This document shows positions 1 to 13,556 of a stretch of 64,000 nucleotides of DNA, piece after piece. Both the position numbers and the translations under genes were made by a program. Where the stretch lies: the NCBI RefSeq assembly GCF_964355755.1, contig NC_092676.1, forward strand, positions 21,284,871 to 21,348,870. Direction: 5' to 3'. This DNA is from Antedon mediterranea. Its lineage: Eukaryota; Animalia; Echinodermata. Each line of letters starts with the position of its first letter. Position 1 is the first letter of the stretch. Under the pieces are notes generated by a model, which saw nothing but the letters and a program-made list of their open reading frames with translations, was not told the origin of the DNA and made no database searches.

Positions 1-2977
1 ATGTTTATGAACGTCTAATGGCAATAGACGTCACAATAAAAAATTGTAAATTAAGAATTGTGTCTGCGTACTCTCCTACGGAATCCGGTTCAGAATCATC
101 AAAGGATATTTTCTATGCAAAACTCTCCAAAGTAACAAGAGTTGAGAACAACACAAAACTCTTACTGATGGGAGACTTTAATGCAACATCAACAATAACA
201 ACCAGAAAATCACTCTTTGATGGAAACCTACATAGATTTCAAGACACAGATGACATTAGTAACGACAATGGCACAAGACTCATCAACTACTGCTCTGACT
301 TCAAGCTATGCATACTGAACACCTGGTTTGACCATCCAAACGTTCATCGGATCACTTGGCATAGCAACGATGGTGTTACAAAGAAAATACTAGATTACAA
401 CATATGTGATCACTGGTTGAGGAAGTATGTTACTGACACAAGAGTCTATAACAACTATTATCTTTCGTCGGATCATAGAATCCTTGTGAGTAATATGACA
501 ACACCAGCCAACAAAGCAGCCAGGTGGAAGAAGCATAAAAAGAAAAAACAGAGCAAGAGAGCCAACATGAGTAAACTTAAAGATCGAGAAGTAAGAAATA
601 ATGTTAAAACAAAGATAGAAGAAGAAATTAATAAAATTACTTCTCCTGAAAAGACAACAACCACTACATCAACTGAGCGCTATACAACACTTATGACAGT
701 GCTAAATAAGGCAGTTGAAGAAGTCCCGAAGAAAACAAGAAACCAAAATGCTCATCCCTGGGATGGTGATGAAAGACTACAACAGCTTATAAAAGAAAGA
801 AAGAATATTAACAAAAGCATAGTTACCTACAAAGAAGAGGAGATCAAGGCTATGCAGAAAGCAATTAAGATAAGGGTGAAGGAACTACGGAATGAATATT
901 TGTATGAAGAAGCAAGCAAGTTAAATGAAGCCCACCAAAATAGAAAAATATTTGATTTATGGAGAAAAGCTAAGGAGCACGGTGATGTTATAAGAAAAGC
1001 ACCAAAGCCTATAAAATGTCCTGGATTACGTGAACACTTTAAAGATCACTTTAATCCAGACCAATCTAGCCTTAAAATCCCAGATGAAATTAGCACACCT
1101 CCAGAATATATTATCAACCTGAGACAACCAGAATTTGAGATGGACAATGAACCTCCGTCCAAGAAAGAAATTATTGATGCAATCGGACATCTAAAAGGTC
1201 GCAAAGCTACCCTAGATGTCGCTTCTGAAATGTTGCAAGTCGCCACAGAGAACCCAGTATTCGTCGACCATGTACATAGACTGTTTGAGGAAATTTGGAG
1301 AACGAAAGAAGTACCAAGTGATTGGGGACTGTCCAAATTAACAACCATTTGGAAAAAAAAGGCAGTCCACTTGATCCATCAATGTATAGAGGAATATCAA
1401 TTGGGTCTACATTTTCAAAGATACTTATGGTTATCATTCTTTCACGTTTTTCCATCTTTTATGAAAGTCAACTTCTACGCACACAGTTTGGATTCAGGTC
1501 CAACAGAGGGTGCAATGATGCTATATATGTAATCAAGCAGATCCAGGAAATTGCGTATCGCTCAAATCGTAAACTCTATACATGCTTCATTGATTTAACA
1601 GCAGCATTCGACCATGTGAATCGTAATCTTCTTTTCCTAAGCGTTCGTAATAGGTTTCACTTAAACCAGTCTACTACTATGATTGACATTATACAATCAC
1701 TGTACAGCTCAACGAAAGCATACCTTGCTGACGACGATCCGAGTGATGATAAGTTCGAAACATCTTCTGGGGTGCGACAGGGTGGTATTGAGAGTACCAG
1801 CATGTTTAACCAATATTTTGATTACGTTATTAGAGTGTTCAAACAACGCTGTAAAGATGCTAGTTTGGATGGCCTAATGATACAATACCTAATTCCTATT
1901 GAAGCTACAAATCGTGCTCAAAGATGTAAAGCACCATCAAGGGGCATCTATGACGACTTTGAAAGTGGCTATGCTGACGACTTTGCTGTAAGCTCCTGGT
2001 CACAAGAAGAACTGCAAACCATTGTGAACATCTTGAATAAAGTTTGTCTGGAATTTGGTCTAAGAATTAGTGCCCCCAAAACAGAAACCATTATATGGAA
2101 CTGGAAAGAGGAAGTTGAAGAATACCCAAGATGCATCATACAAATTGGCGGCGTACACATTAACAACGTAACACACTTTAGATACCTTGGTGTATGGGCT
2201 ACCTACAATGATGTTCATATTGGAGATCAAGAAGTAAAATACAGAATCAATTCAGCCAAAGGAGCATTTGCAGAGAATAGGGCATTGCTTACCAACAGAA
2301 CGATCCACCTACAAACAAGAATGATGTTTCTTAATGGTCTAGTTAGGAGTAGACTCACCTATGGTTGCCATGCTTGGAGGGCAACAGGAAGTGAAATGTC
2401 CAAACTTAGCACAACATACAAAACCTTCCTAAGAAGAATGCTAGTGAATGGCTTTCAAAGAGTCTGCCCACCAAACCATGTAGACATATCCTCAGATGAA
2501 GAAACAGATGAAACCTATATAGACTGGCGTTACGTAATTGATAATGACGATCTCTACAAAATTACTGGCTGTCAACCGCTAGAAGAATATGTCTACAAGC
2601 AACAATTCAACTGGATCGGACATGTAATTAGAAAAGAAAATGAAGATCCTACAAAAATTCTTACTTTTCACACAACACAAAGTAAACGAAGAGGTCGGAA
2701 GATACCATCAGTACTTGATAGAGTTGTACAACAAAGTCAACTTACTAGATGCAACTTCATTAGAGCCTGCTTCAACAGAAATTTATAATTCCCAGCAATG
2801 TTTTAACTGTATATATGAACTGTTTTATAAGTTGTTTTGTGACTGTGTAATTTGGTAGTAGTCACTCTCATACTGTAGGCCTACATTTAAAAGTAACACA
2901 TCCAAATGCCAACTTCAAGTCAATGGCTACCAGATGTCTCTGTGAGACGGTTATTTGAACCAGTACCAGTACCAGTA
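1..2977 (+). mobile_element. Non-LTR retrotransposon (RTE-like LINE): APE endonuclease + reverse transcriptase, 5' part beyond the window
   Basis: ORF 18..1532 has APE motifs (SAYSPT, LMGDFNA, ITWHS, ILDY, SDHRIL) and is open off the left edge. ORF 1322..2788 has RT motifs (YRGISI, QFGFRSNRGC, CFIDLTAAFDHV, GVRQGG, YADD, FRYLG). One -1 frameshift at the A8 run 1353-1360 joins them. 3' tail is (ACCAGT)x3 at 2959-2977. Antisense within an intron of the LRP-like gene. Confidence 0.93.
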
Positions 2978-3005
2978 AAATAATCTTATAGAGTTCGGTA
3001 CTTAC

Positions 3006-6000
3006 CGATACAAACCAGCTCTACAAAACCATCCCATTCTCCAGACTGCAAACAAGTGACATTGTTTGTCGATATCGTCTGATAACCAGAATTGCATACT
3101 ATTGAACACGTTGAATTGGCTCTTCTGTCACAACCAGTTGTTTTTCCATTTGGTATATCAAGAGGACATCCTTTAATAAAGAAAGAAATTAAATGATTAT
3201 ACTAGAAACTGCAAAGAGCATAATGCCTATATAAAACGCTTCTCATTGGATAACAAAATACCTCCTGCCTTGTACAATGGCACTCCATGGTACAATCGTC
3301 ATTACATTACTACAAAAACATACGATCATCTATATAGTTGCCTGGAAAAGCTGACAGATTCTTAGCGCACTCATTAATTTATGCGATAATAAAAGTGTTA
3401 ATAACGCACAATCTTACCTATAGAACTACGCCTACACGAAATACCATCGTCAGCCAAGACTTTTCCCAGTGGACATGCGCATGTTCGTCCGTTAGGCGTT
3501 GCCAGGCAAAGCTTACTACATCCTCCATTGTTCTGAGTACAAGACGTTTCACCTACAATTTTAATATAAAACACAGCGTTAACAAAAACAACTGTGCCTA
3601 AAAGGGTTTTGAAGCTATGAGATAGATTGAAATATCAGATTAAGAAGACTCTTTATATATTATTATAGATATAATTATCTCACGTTTATCGATTATTAAA
3701 TCTAATGAGTTAGACTATTTTTATTATATGTTATTGATATTTAATCAGTTCACATGACCATAAAGTTCAGTCTGATTGTGACACCGTATCTAATATTGTA
3801 AATAAGTAAATAACTTTCCAGTTTGTAATTCACGTGAATTATACAGCATCAGACCACTGAGCTTTCCAAAAACGTCCTCGCCAACAGAAACTGGTTCATC
3901 GTCTTCGATCTTGTTCATGCGCATAAGTGTTTTCTTATTCCAGTCTGTAAAATAGATGTAAGTATCATCGACAGCAATGCCAAACGTGTGAGAAAGAAAG
4001 TCAAGCTGTTTCATTACGGTGCGATGAGAACCGTCGTACTTTACTCTTTCGATCTTGTTTACTTGTGCGTCGCACCAATACAGGAATTCATCTGTAAAAT
4101 AAAACATTTGAGTTAGGGTAGGTTTGACTAATTCCAAAACCAATCTATAAGCAAACCAACATAAAAATGTAAATTCACTTAAAAGTCATTGTGTAAAATC
4201 GGCTGGGTACGTGCTGCAGAACATTTAATTTACACCTCTCTTTTCTACGTATATCTAATTCTTTTCATGAAGTTGGTTCAAAATGAACCCTTTACTCTCC
4301 AAAAATGTCTTAATTTGTACTTTGTGTACGTTTGGTCGTTAATACTCAATATGAACATTACCTACTAATACATTGAAACAAGATGATTTTTTTTTCAAAC
4401 TTACTTTCAGTCTCTAGTGCAAGACCATTAGGCCAACCAATATCTGTATCGACCAGAATACGTCGGTTAGTTCCATCCATCCAAGAGCTTTCAACGTTCG
4501 TATTACTAGATCCCCAGTCTGTCCAGAATAACAAGCTGTGAATGTGTGAAATAGGCGTCTTAATAACAATATATAAAATAATAGACCTAGTAAATCACAG
4601 AACACAATACATTTCTATCGACAATAGATGTGAAATCGTAAACATCAGTATTATGATGTCTTCTTTCTTTCGAAGATTTTACAAAAAAAAAATTGATGTG
4701 CCTACATGTGGAATGTGGGCAACTATTTGTAATTTCGAGAGTTTGTCGAGGGTAATACAAACTAGAGAAATGAGAAAATGATATAACAGTAATATAAACT
4801 TAATTGATTATTTAACCATAACAATTACAGTATTTAGACTAGTTGGTAGTTTCAATAATTATCTTTATTATAATTACCCTCTTATTGGATCAACCGCAAT
4901 CGCTCTTGGTTTCTCTATGTTTGAATTTATCAGCACGGTCTTGTTGCTACCATCCAATCCAGAGACATTGATAGTGCCATTGATGCCATCAGGCCAAAAC
5001 AGCAGTCGGTGAATATGGTCAACTGCAAGCCCATCACAAGCTAATAAAAGAAAACTATATTCATTTTATTCACATTTTATGCTAACATAATGGAAAACGT
5101 TGGATAAACTATAAAGTTTAGAATTTCAAAGATATTTAAGTCCAGACCTACGTTTTTAATCATTAAAGATTAGATATAAAAAAAACAACTTTCTGACTCT
5201 CCCCTAAACCGCCGTCAGTACTATAACATAAAACATGCTTCTGTGGATTTCTTTTTATTAATAGAGTATTCTGCTTAATTTTACAAACCGTAAACGTCAC
5301 GATGAACGATTTCGAGTTCCCTGCCATCGAGTAATGATCTCATAATCATACGCGCATCGACGTCACTCACGTACACGTAGCGATGAACTGGATCAAAGGC
5401 AATCGCAATTGGGTTTTCAAATGGACCCATGTGCAGTGCTGTGTGGGCATAGTTCGTTGTACTTTGTGTATGCACGTCAATTTGATAGGCTGTTTTACGT
5501 CCCGTGTCTGCTACAAGTAAGAAGTTGTCTTCCAAAATATCTATTAAGAGAAATACAAAATGAATTGTTATACATAATGCACAGCAACAACGAGAAAGAA
5601 GGTTTAAATATGTGTTCACTTTACCTTAATGGCCATTACATTTTTAAAACAAAAATAGAGTTTAAACTTTAGGCCAAGTCAGGTAGGCCTACTTACTATT
5701 AGTGCAATTTCCATTTTCTACTGCAGTGAAACCGGTAGAACACAAGCACGTACTGCTATTACTCAGTCCTGCTGGGAGACAGATTTGCTCACAGCCACCA
5801 TTTTCGATCATACATGGACCTATGATTACCAATAATAAAGTAACAACTGACTATCTATACTTTGAATAATACCTATATAAATAATAGGTTCTTTAATTAA
5901 ACTGCAAAGTTTTATCTATTGAAACTGGGAGTGTCACATTGGAACTGCTTATGATTTTCCAGCTAAATGTTTAGATAACATTATGCCTACTTACTGGTTC

Positions 6001-9000
6001 CATTGGGTTGTCGTGAGAAATCTAGCGTGGAGATTCCATATGCTCTTCCAGAAGTTGGTATAAAACGTAAGAACTCTCCAGTTTCTCGATTCAATACATG
6101 AAGACCATTATTGGGTGGCAATTCAGTCCATATCAGAAAATCCTTTTGAAGTAACATATTTTGAATCAATATTTTTCATATAAGTAAGATGAAATAAATA
6201 AATTTTCTATTGATAAGTGCCTATATTTTATAGAACCGTGTGCCCTTGAAATACGGAATGTTGTGGTTGTGGTATTTAGGCCCATAAGAGGAATGCATAT
6301 CCACTAAGGCAATGTGCATACCACCAGAATATAATGCTTGTTAATGTACAAACACAGTAATCATACAGTAGTACTAATACATGATTTATTTAAACATAAT
6401 GTAAAATGTCATTATTGTTTTGCAATTAATTATCGAAATTTGTCGAAATAAGTCATAGGTTGAATTTAATTAGTTAATAGTATTAGGACATGAACTTTAT
6501 AACGTTGTAAGCAATACCTGGAAAATATCCATGTCAGAATATACAGAGCCCGCTTTAACGTATAAAACCTGTCTTGATTCTCCATCATAATCAACAGATT
6601 GAATAGCACCAGACGATTTATCAGCAAAATATAATCTTAATAAAATAGAAGTTTGAAAAATTTATAAAAAACCACGGTTATGAAATTCAAGAAAGAGAAG
6701 TGGATCTCCAGAAAGTACAAAGGTGGATGTCAAAAAGTTGTAGTTATTAAAGTACTGTGAACGGTAGGGACTCTCAAATTATTATGGAAACAGAAAGTCA
6801 TGATAATACGGAAGTGCTAGGAATACTACAGTATGCCAACGGAAGTTAAAAGCCAAAGTCGAGCAATGTTTGAAATTTAACTCCCCCGTTATAAGTGGAT
6901 CTTTACTTAACTATTTTACCTATTTGATTTGAAGTCAATGGTCATTCCATTTGCTATACCCAGCTGAGTGTTCACGATTATCTTTCTGTTACTCCCATCA
7001 AGTCCAGCACGTTCTATATGTTTAGACAATCCGACCTCTACCCAAAAGATATATCTACCAAAAACACGACACACGTTTTATTAAATATTAGCAAACTGTG
7101 AATCAAAGTTGATATAAAAAATAAATCATTTTGTTTGACAAATCCAAAAGAAATTGCTCACATTCTTTAGCTTTCGCCATCTTGGCTGATGGCTTGATCA
7201 CAAGTGATCCGGTCCACTACTACTTCCTGGAAATCTGTTGTTACGAAAAAGTATGACGTCACCTAGAAACAATAACAACAGATTTCCAGGAAGTAGTAGT
7301 GGACCGGATCACTTGTGATCAAGCCATCAGCCAAGATGGCGAAAGCTAAAGAATATGAGTAATTTCTTTTGGATTTGTCAAACAAAATGATTTATTTATT
7401 ATCTACAATCCTACAAAATGCACTTATTCAAAGTTGATATAGACCTGCATAATATTAAATAAAAAAGATAGTTAGCATTCAGAGTTCCGCATGGCGGTTC
7501 ATCATGTTATAATAACATGCGCATTACATTTCTGACTGAATAATAAGGAATCTGAATGATTGAAGGAACTCCAGTAGGAAAAATGGCACTGCGCGAGAGC
7601 AAACTGCCACCCAATCCTGCCACAATATGCTGGGAGCAAGTTATGCTTAAATATGCTTATATTTAAATGAACAAGTACTTTTTGCGATGTTTACCTTTGG
7701 ATTGGATCGACTTCAATACTTGTTGGTTGCACAACATCAGAATCTAACAGAACATAGCGGTACTGTCCATCATATGACGACGTCATGACATGGTTATTAC
7801 TGGAATCAGTCCAATATAATGTCTGAGAGAGGTAGTCGACAGCAATACCTAAGAACATAAAATATTCTTGTAAAAAACGTCTTCGAACGTAGAAGTAAGT
7901 TAATTATTATAACTCAGATTATCGTACCAACAGTTTACGTAAAATAAACAAAGCATGCAAACATCGACACTCGTCGTTACCTTACATCATTTGAAGTCGA
8001 ATATTCGTATGGTATTACTAAATCTGTGGAATTTTACAATTTTAGTTTCTGAAAAATGTTTCCATTCAAATAACTTAACGCAATTGAATACTGAAATAGA
8101 GATATGTAGCATTAGCTAGCATTATTATGGCAGACATACCTTTCACTGTTCCTAGATTTGCGGAAATCAACCTTCGTCTACCTTGTATCTTTAAATCTAA
8201 ACTGAATATGGATTTAGCAGCATCATCCGAAAAGAACAAAATGCGTCGCCTGACGTCTGCCTCTATTGCAACGACCAAACGTTGATTGTTCAGTAAACCG
8301 ACAAGAGGATCGTTTGGAGAGAGTGTGTGTGGAAAGTTTGATGTCAGCTTACAAACAGAGGTTTGATTTGAGAAAAGTACAACTGGTGTGGCAACAAAGT
8401 CATCTGGAAAAAAAGTGTAACCGACATTAATTAATTTAATCTCAGATTGATCCAGGGGGTATTGTGATGACGTAAACAAAATCATAACTACAACAAAGTA
8501 TAGCTTTGCATCAGGGTTAGATAGTTGCGTATTACTTGCCAATTATTTCGTAGATTTACGTTAGAATAGGGAAAATCATCTGATCAATAATTAACATTGC
8601 TTTAGACATGTCGTTGACATTTTAGATATTGATTTTTTAATAGGTTAGGTTAGGTATTGAAATGTGTCATTCGTGTGTTGTGGATAGGCATATTACCGTC
8701 GCTTGACATGAAACAGCTCCGCAGTTTATTGTTTATAGACATGACACCGTACTAGAATCGGATGTTACGTAACGGAATAGGAATAGAGATGCCACTGATT
8801 TGTATGAAAATATGACGCATCAAAATACAATGAATGTTTCTTTCACAGTAATGTCTAAAAAATGTACATTTTATAAAATCTAAAAACCTTTTCATTTATA
8901 TTTTAACTTTTGTATAAACTTGTACGTACCTCGCTGACATGTTTTTCCATCAGGCAAAATATTAAATGATTCTCTACAGACACATCTATATTCACCATTA

Positions 9001-12000
9001 TCAGCACTGGTACAAACTTGCGAACAAGGATTGCTCAAACAAGGGGCTAAAATATTAAAATGTTGACGTTAATATAAAACAACACAGCTTATCATTTACA
9101 TCTTAATAATGCTTACTAGACTAGGATAATAAAGGTAAAGATATGAGGACAAAAGTGGACATTTTTAACCACGATGACGGCACAAAAAAGTGTTTGTTTT
9201 GTAAATATTGCAAACTAAATAGATATACCTCCTAAAATTCCTTTGTTCTCTAACTCATCTCACATTATAATCTGCCATAGTACGCTCGGTAAATTTTGAA
9301 AATATTTAAACCATTTAAGTTGCGTTTTTTGAAATTATACTGCAATATTGAATAACTTAGCAACGTAAACATTGTGAATGAACTGTGTATAAGCGTGGGC
9401 AAATTAGCGCCTCCAATCGCGTGTGTTGTGTGATTTTATACCTATTTCATTTGTTTTGTATGGTGGCTGATTTCCGCCAAAGAAAACAATTATTTTATAA
9501 TAATACGGCGTTATAACGCCCTATATGGCGTTATAACGCCGTGTTAGGACGTTATAACGCCGTATTGGGGCGTTATAACGCCGTACTACGGCGGTATAAC
9601 GCCGTAATTAGGGCGTTATAACGCCGTAATTATACAATCCGTTCACATGTACATGCGCATGCATAGTACATCAACAAACCCGGAGCCATAAAGAGTTGCG
9701 ACTTTGAATGGATTGAATCAATTTGTTTAAAGGTTTTTGTTAAAACAATAATAACATTATTTTGATGATTTTAAACAAAAAAAATAGCTTTAATCCATTT
9801 AATTTAACGGCTCTAGCTGTGCGCTCCATACATGCTCTACGCGTTTATTTTGTACAGCGATTCTCTATAGTAATGCATTGTTTTTACATTTTGTTGTTTG
9901 AAATCATCTTCGCAGTAACTTTAGGATTGCGTTATCTTAACAAAAACCTTTAAACAAATTGATTATTTTGATATTTAAAACCTTGTGAATGTTATACATT
10001 TTGAAGCACATTACTCGACTCCATACACTACATAGGCATAGTTGGACACAAAGATGGCCAGTAATGTACCACGTGACCCTAATACGGGCGTTATAACGCC
10101 GTATTATTATAAAATAATTTTTTTCTTTGGCGGAAATCGGCCACCGTAGTTTTGTCACTTGATTAGTAATATGTAATTAGTAAACGAAAATACAAATGTT
10201 AGGCTTCTTACATTTTTGATTAACTTGACTATCGTCTCCATATATAGTAACACCATATGGACGGGATTGTAGATTTAAGCTAAAGTAGACCTGTCCGGAA
10301 GCTTTATGTATACACCATAGTTTAAGATTCCAATCAGTTATGTAAACGTAATCCTGAAAAAAAAGTATTTATATTATTAAAGGCAATTATAATATATTCA
10401 ATGAGTAACAAACACATTCAAATCTCTGGTTATTTATTTACTACAAATTACTTTACCGTATATACCAAGTCCACTTCCCATTACCTTATGTACTTTCAAT
10501 TTAAAAAACTCTGAAGTTGATCTGGTTTTTCTAAAAAGGATGCGTCGATTGGCTCCGTTAAAATCACATGACTCAACTTTAGAAAACTCTCCATCAACGT
10601 CTGTCCAGTAAAGTCTAAAACATACATAAACAAACTACATAATTTGATATTAGCTACATTTATGCGTCACGTCAGCGTTTATCGTTAGACTTAGAATATT
10701 TGTTTATTATGACATTTCTTTAAGTGTATAGGCTACAGTCACTGTAAAAGACGTAATCACAAGTGTGGGACATTTCAAACTGACCACTTTAAAAGGCAAA
10801 TCAACATTTGTCAGTATCTTGACCAGAAAACAAACCTTCCTGCTTCCCATGAATCCCTAACATCACTACTTAAATTATGGTGGCATGCATCCATAATTAA
10901 AAGTATAATATGTTATGGCTTACCTGTCGTCCGAATAGTCAACAGACAATCCATTTGGTGAAGTGATATCAGTTGTGATCAACTCTGTTCTATTTGTCCC
11001 ATCAAGATTTGATTTTTCTATTTTTGGCACTTTTCCACAATCACTCCAAAATAGAAGTCTGTGAAAGAGACAAGTCATTACTTACGATATCTGACCACAA
11101 CAGTGTTTTGCGAATTAGGCTATAACACAAACAATTTTTGTAATAGTGCAAGGTGACAAAAACTGGCTCTCTGATCTAGGATTTTAGAATAGTTTGTATA
11201 TTGTTAGTCAATTACTGTATATTTTAAAAATTCTGAATATTCAAAACAATCTAAAAATTAGAAGGATTATTACATTAAACCTTGGATGAAGAACAATACA
11301 CTATTACAAATTTAACTTGTAATGTTTGTTTTTTTCCTAATTTATTTACATTTTCTTGATTATCAGTCTATAAGATACAATTTTAAAAATAAAAATGTTC
11401 ACTGAAATATCATGTGGTTTCTACTACTTTCAAATAAAGTCTAAATTACTACATACGAAAAACAATGATCACTTAGATAACGATTGCTTTGTTTCTAGAA
11501 AAGAAATATGCAACATTACCCCTTTGTTGGATGAACTGCTATTCCACGCGGTTTGTCTAATCCATCTCTCACTAACATAATATAACGTTGCTTGTCTCTA
11601 TGATTCATAAGGAAAATCCAGTTGTATGATTGGTCAATATAATATATATTTTTGGCCAACCAGTCGACTGCAATTCCTTCGACACTTTCAGAGGTTCCAC
11701 CGAATACTCTACTAGCACTGTTACTCCCTGTATCTATTGTCCCTTTAAATATGGACGTACGCAAACTAGCGCTAAAAAATATCACCTGATCAAGATGATC
11801 AGTATCTAGTGCAACAAACTTCCCCGGTGCAACATTGTATTTAAAAGACGTCTGGATTTTTCCAGTAGATATTAGGCTCGGTGCATATGTTGTAGGGTCT
11901 GCAGGCAGAGTCTGGATTTTAGCAGTAGGTAGCGATGGGTTACCTGTGTCCACTTCCTCTGTCCATAGCAGCAGATCATCTCCTGATGAAGTAGATACCA

Positions 12001-13556
12001 AAATAATCAACCTTAATTAGTAAAACAAAAATTGATTAATTAACTTCAGTTTGGCTGTAAGATTTCATTTACGGTGTAGCCAGTTAATATGTTAGTTTGA
12101 AAGTGCGCGAATAAAACAGGTATTTTGAAGCAAAATTATGCGCGCATTTTGAAAAGTTATCTGTTTTTACGAAACCCTACATGATAATTACTTACATAAA
12201 CCATTGCATTGAGTCCATTCTGTATTTTTAAGTAAACTGCTACCATAAATATGACTTGTTGTAACAGAGTATTGAAAAAAACAATGAAAGAAACAATTGA
12301 AACGTCAAATGAATTCCTGTTGTGAAAGTTTACAGTCAATCCATTTCAAAAGTATTTAAAGTGTCAGTTTCCTGAATTAGCAAACGGAAAATGCATATTA
12401 TTATACGACCATTACTCCAGATAGATAATTTCCTGTTGACATGAGAAGAAAGCTGTGGTACAGTAAAGGGGAAACCCCTAAAAATATTGTAGGGATTTCG
12501 AAACAGCACAACTTTTCTGAGGATGATAATGATATATTTTTTCTTCTATTTTAAAAGAGAGATATTTAGAGGGTTAAGTTAATTTTTGGGAATGGGTAAG
12601 CTGTATTTGCGTTTCCTATCGCTTGAGTTCAACAGTTATTCAATCGAAACCAACAGCGATAATTACCGCCACTAACAGGTTTGATACAAACAAAGCCAGG
12701 ACTGTTTTTTAGACTGTCGGTCCGGTATCACTATGCGTTTTATTGCTTTTCTGTACTTTTTGAACTGTTTTGATGTCAACATGTGGGCATTACGTGAAAT
12801 TGTAGACATCCTATTGTGAATGACGTTAGAGTTGCTCAACGTGATTTACGCGCGATTTAACGACTTTCTCGTATTAACATAGGTCAAAAACCAAATAACA
12901 TTTTAAATTGAAACTTTGCAAAAGTTTAATTTATATCAGGCGCTAACTTTCTGTTGAGAAAAAAATGTGTTTTACACAAAGTTACGCGCGCGCGCATTTA
13001 AAATTTTAAAATGCGCAAAATTAATTTTTAATCAACTTTCTACGCGTTTCTTGTCATTTTGAGCATGTCAAAAATTCCCATACGCGCGCAAACTTTACGC
13101 GTGATTTATGTTTTTGCAGCCTTTTCTAATAATTTTACCAACGTTTAAACAATTTCGACTTAAAATTACGTCATACGAGCACGTCGAATTTTGATAATTT
13201 GCGCACGTTTATGATGAAAAAGTTCAAAAATTCGTCAAAATTATGCCTTTTTAGTCGCGTGGACGTGACTCTATAGTTCACTATGCTGGTCGGTTGGTCT
13301 GTCGGTCTGTCGGTCTGTCTGTCGGTCCGGTATCACTATGCATTGTAGCACGCGACTTAATGGCTGTTGGCCTTGTTTATTATCAATCCACTTTGACCAG
13401 GTAGTTCCCACTTAATTGAATCGAATTTCACCTCACTTAAACTGTAGCAGTTACACTGTTCTTTACATAGAGTTTGTGTACAATAGTTCTATTTGAATTC
13501 AACAATATAATCATATAATAATAAATCAAAGATACATACCAATTATACAGATCCAT
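3006..13556 (-). CDS. LDL-receptor-family protein: signal peptide, 3x(YWTD beta-propeller + EGF), Sushi/CCP; 3' end beyond left edge (about 1031 codons visible)
   Basis: Exons: 13540-13556, 11520-12011, 10924-11058, 10485-10614, 10212-10353, 8930-9046 (EGF), 8140-8403, 7695-7848, 6920-7054, 6518-6635, 5995-6142, 5697-5819 (EGF), 5289-5540, 4878-5040, 4405-4535, 3819-4091, 3418-3552 (EGF), 3006-3170 (CCP: CPLDIPNG..C..C.SGY..VTCLQSGEWD..C). Phases are consistent; junctions are GT-AG except one candidate GA donor. N-terminus MDLYNWLIILVSTSSG; LYWTD/LFWTD/LYFAD repeats. Confidence 0.88.
7119..7397. repeat. Long near-perfect inverted repeat (foldback insertion)
   Basis: Arms 7119-7243 and 7273-7397 (125 bp, about 2 mismatches) around a 29-bp spacer containing TGACGTCA. 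A 14-bp direct repeat TCAAAGTTGATATA lies at 7103-7116 and 7428-7441. Confidence 0.92.
9461..10146. mobile_element. Tc1/mariner-type MITE
   Basis: About 60-bp TIRs (GGTGGCTGATTTCCGCCAAAG... / ...CTTTGGCGGAAATCGGCCACC), TA on both flanks, and an internal tandem of the palindrome GGCGTTATAACGCC at 9507-9630. Confidence 0.8.
12706..13378 (+). mobile_element. Helentron-associated (DINE-1/HINE-like) non-autonomous elements, two adjacent partial copies
   Basis: 13249-13378 has a T-run, AGTCGCGT..ACGTGACT 5' hairpin, (GTCG/GTCT)n microsatellite and 3' ACGCGACT..GGCTGTTGGCCTTGTT end. The block CTGTCGGTCCGGTATCACTATGC recurs near 12714. Confidence 0.6.
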
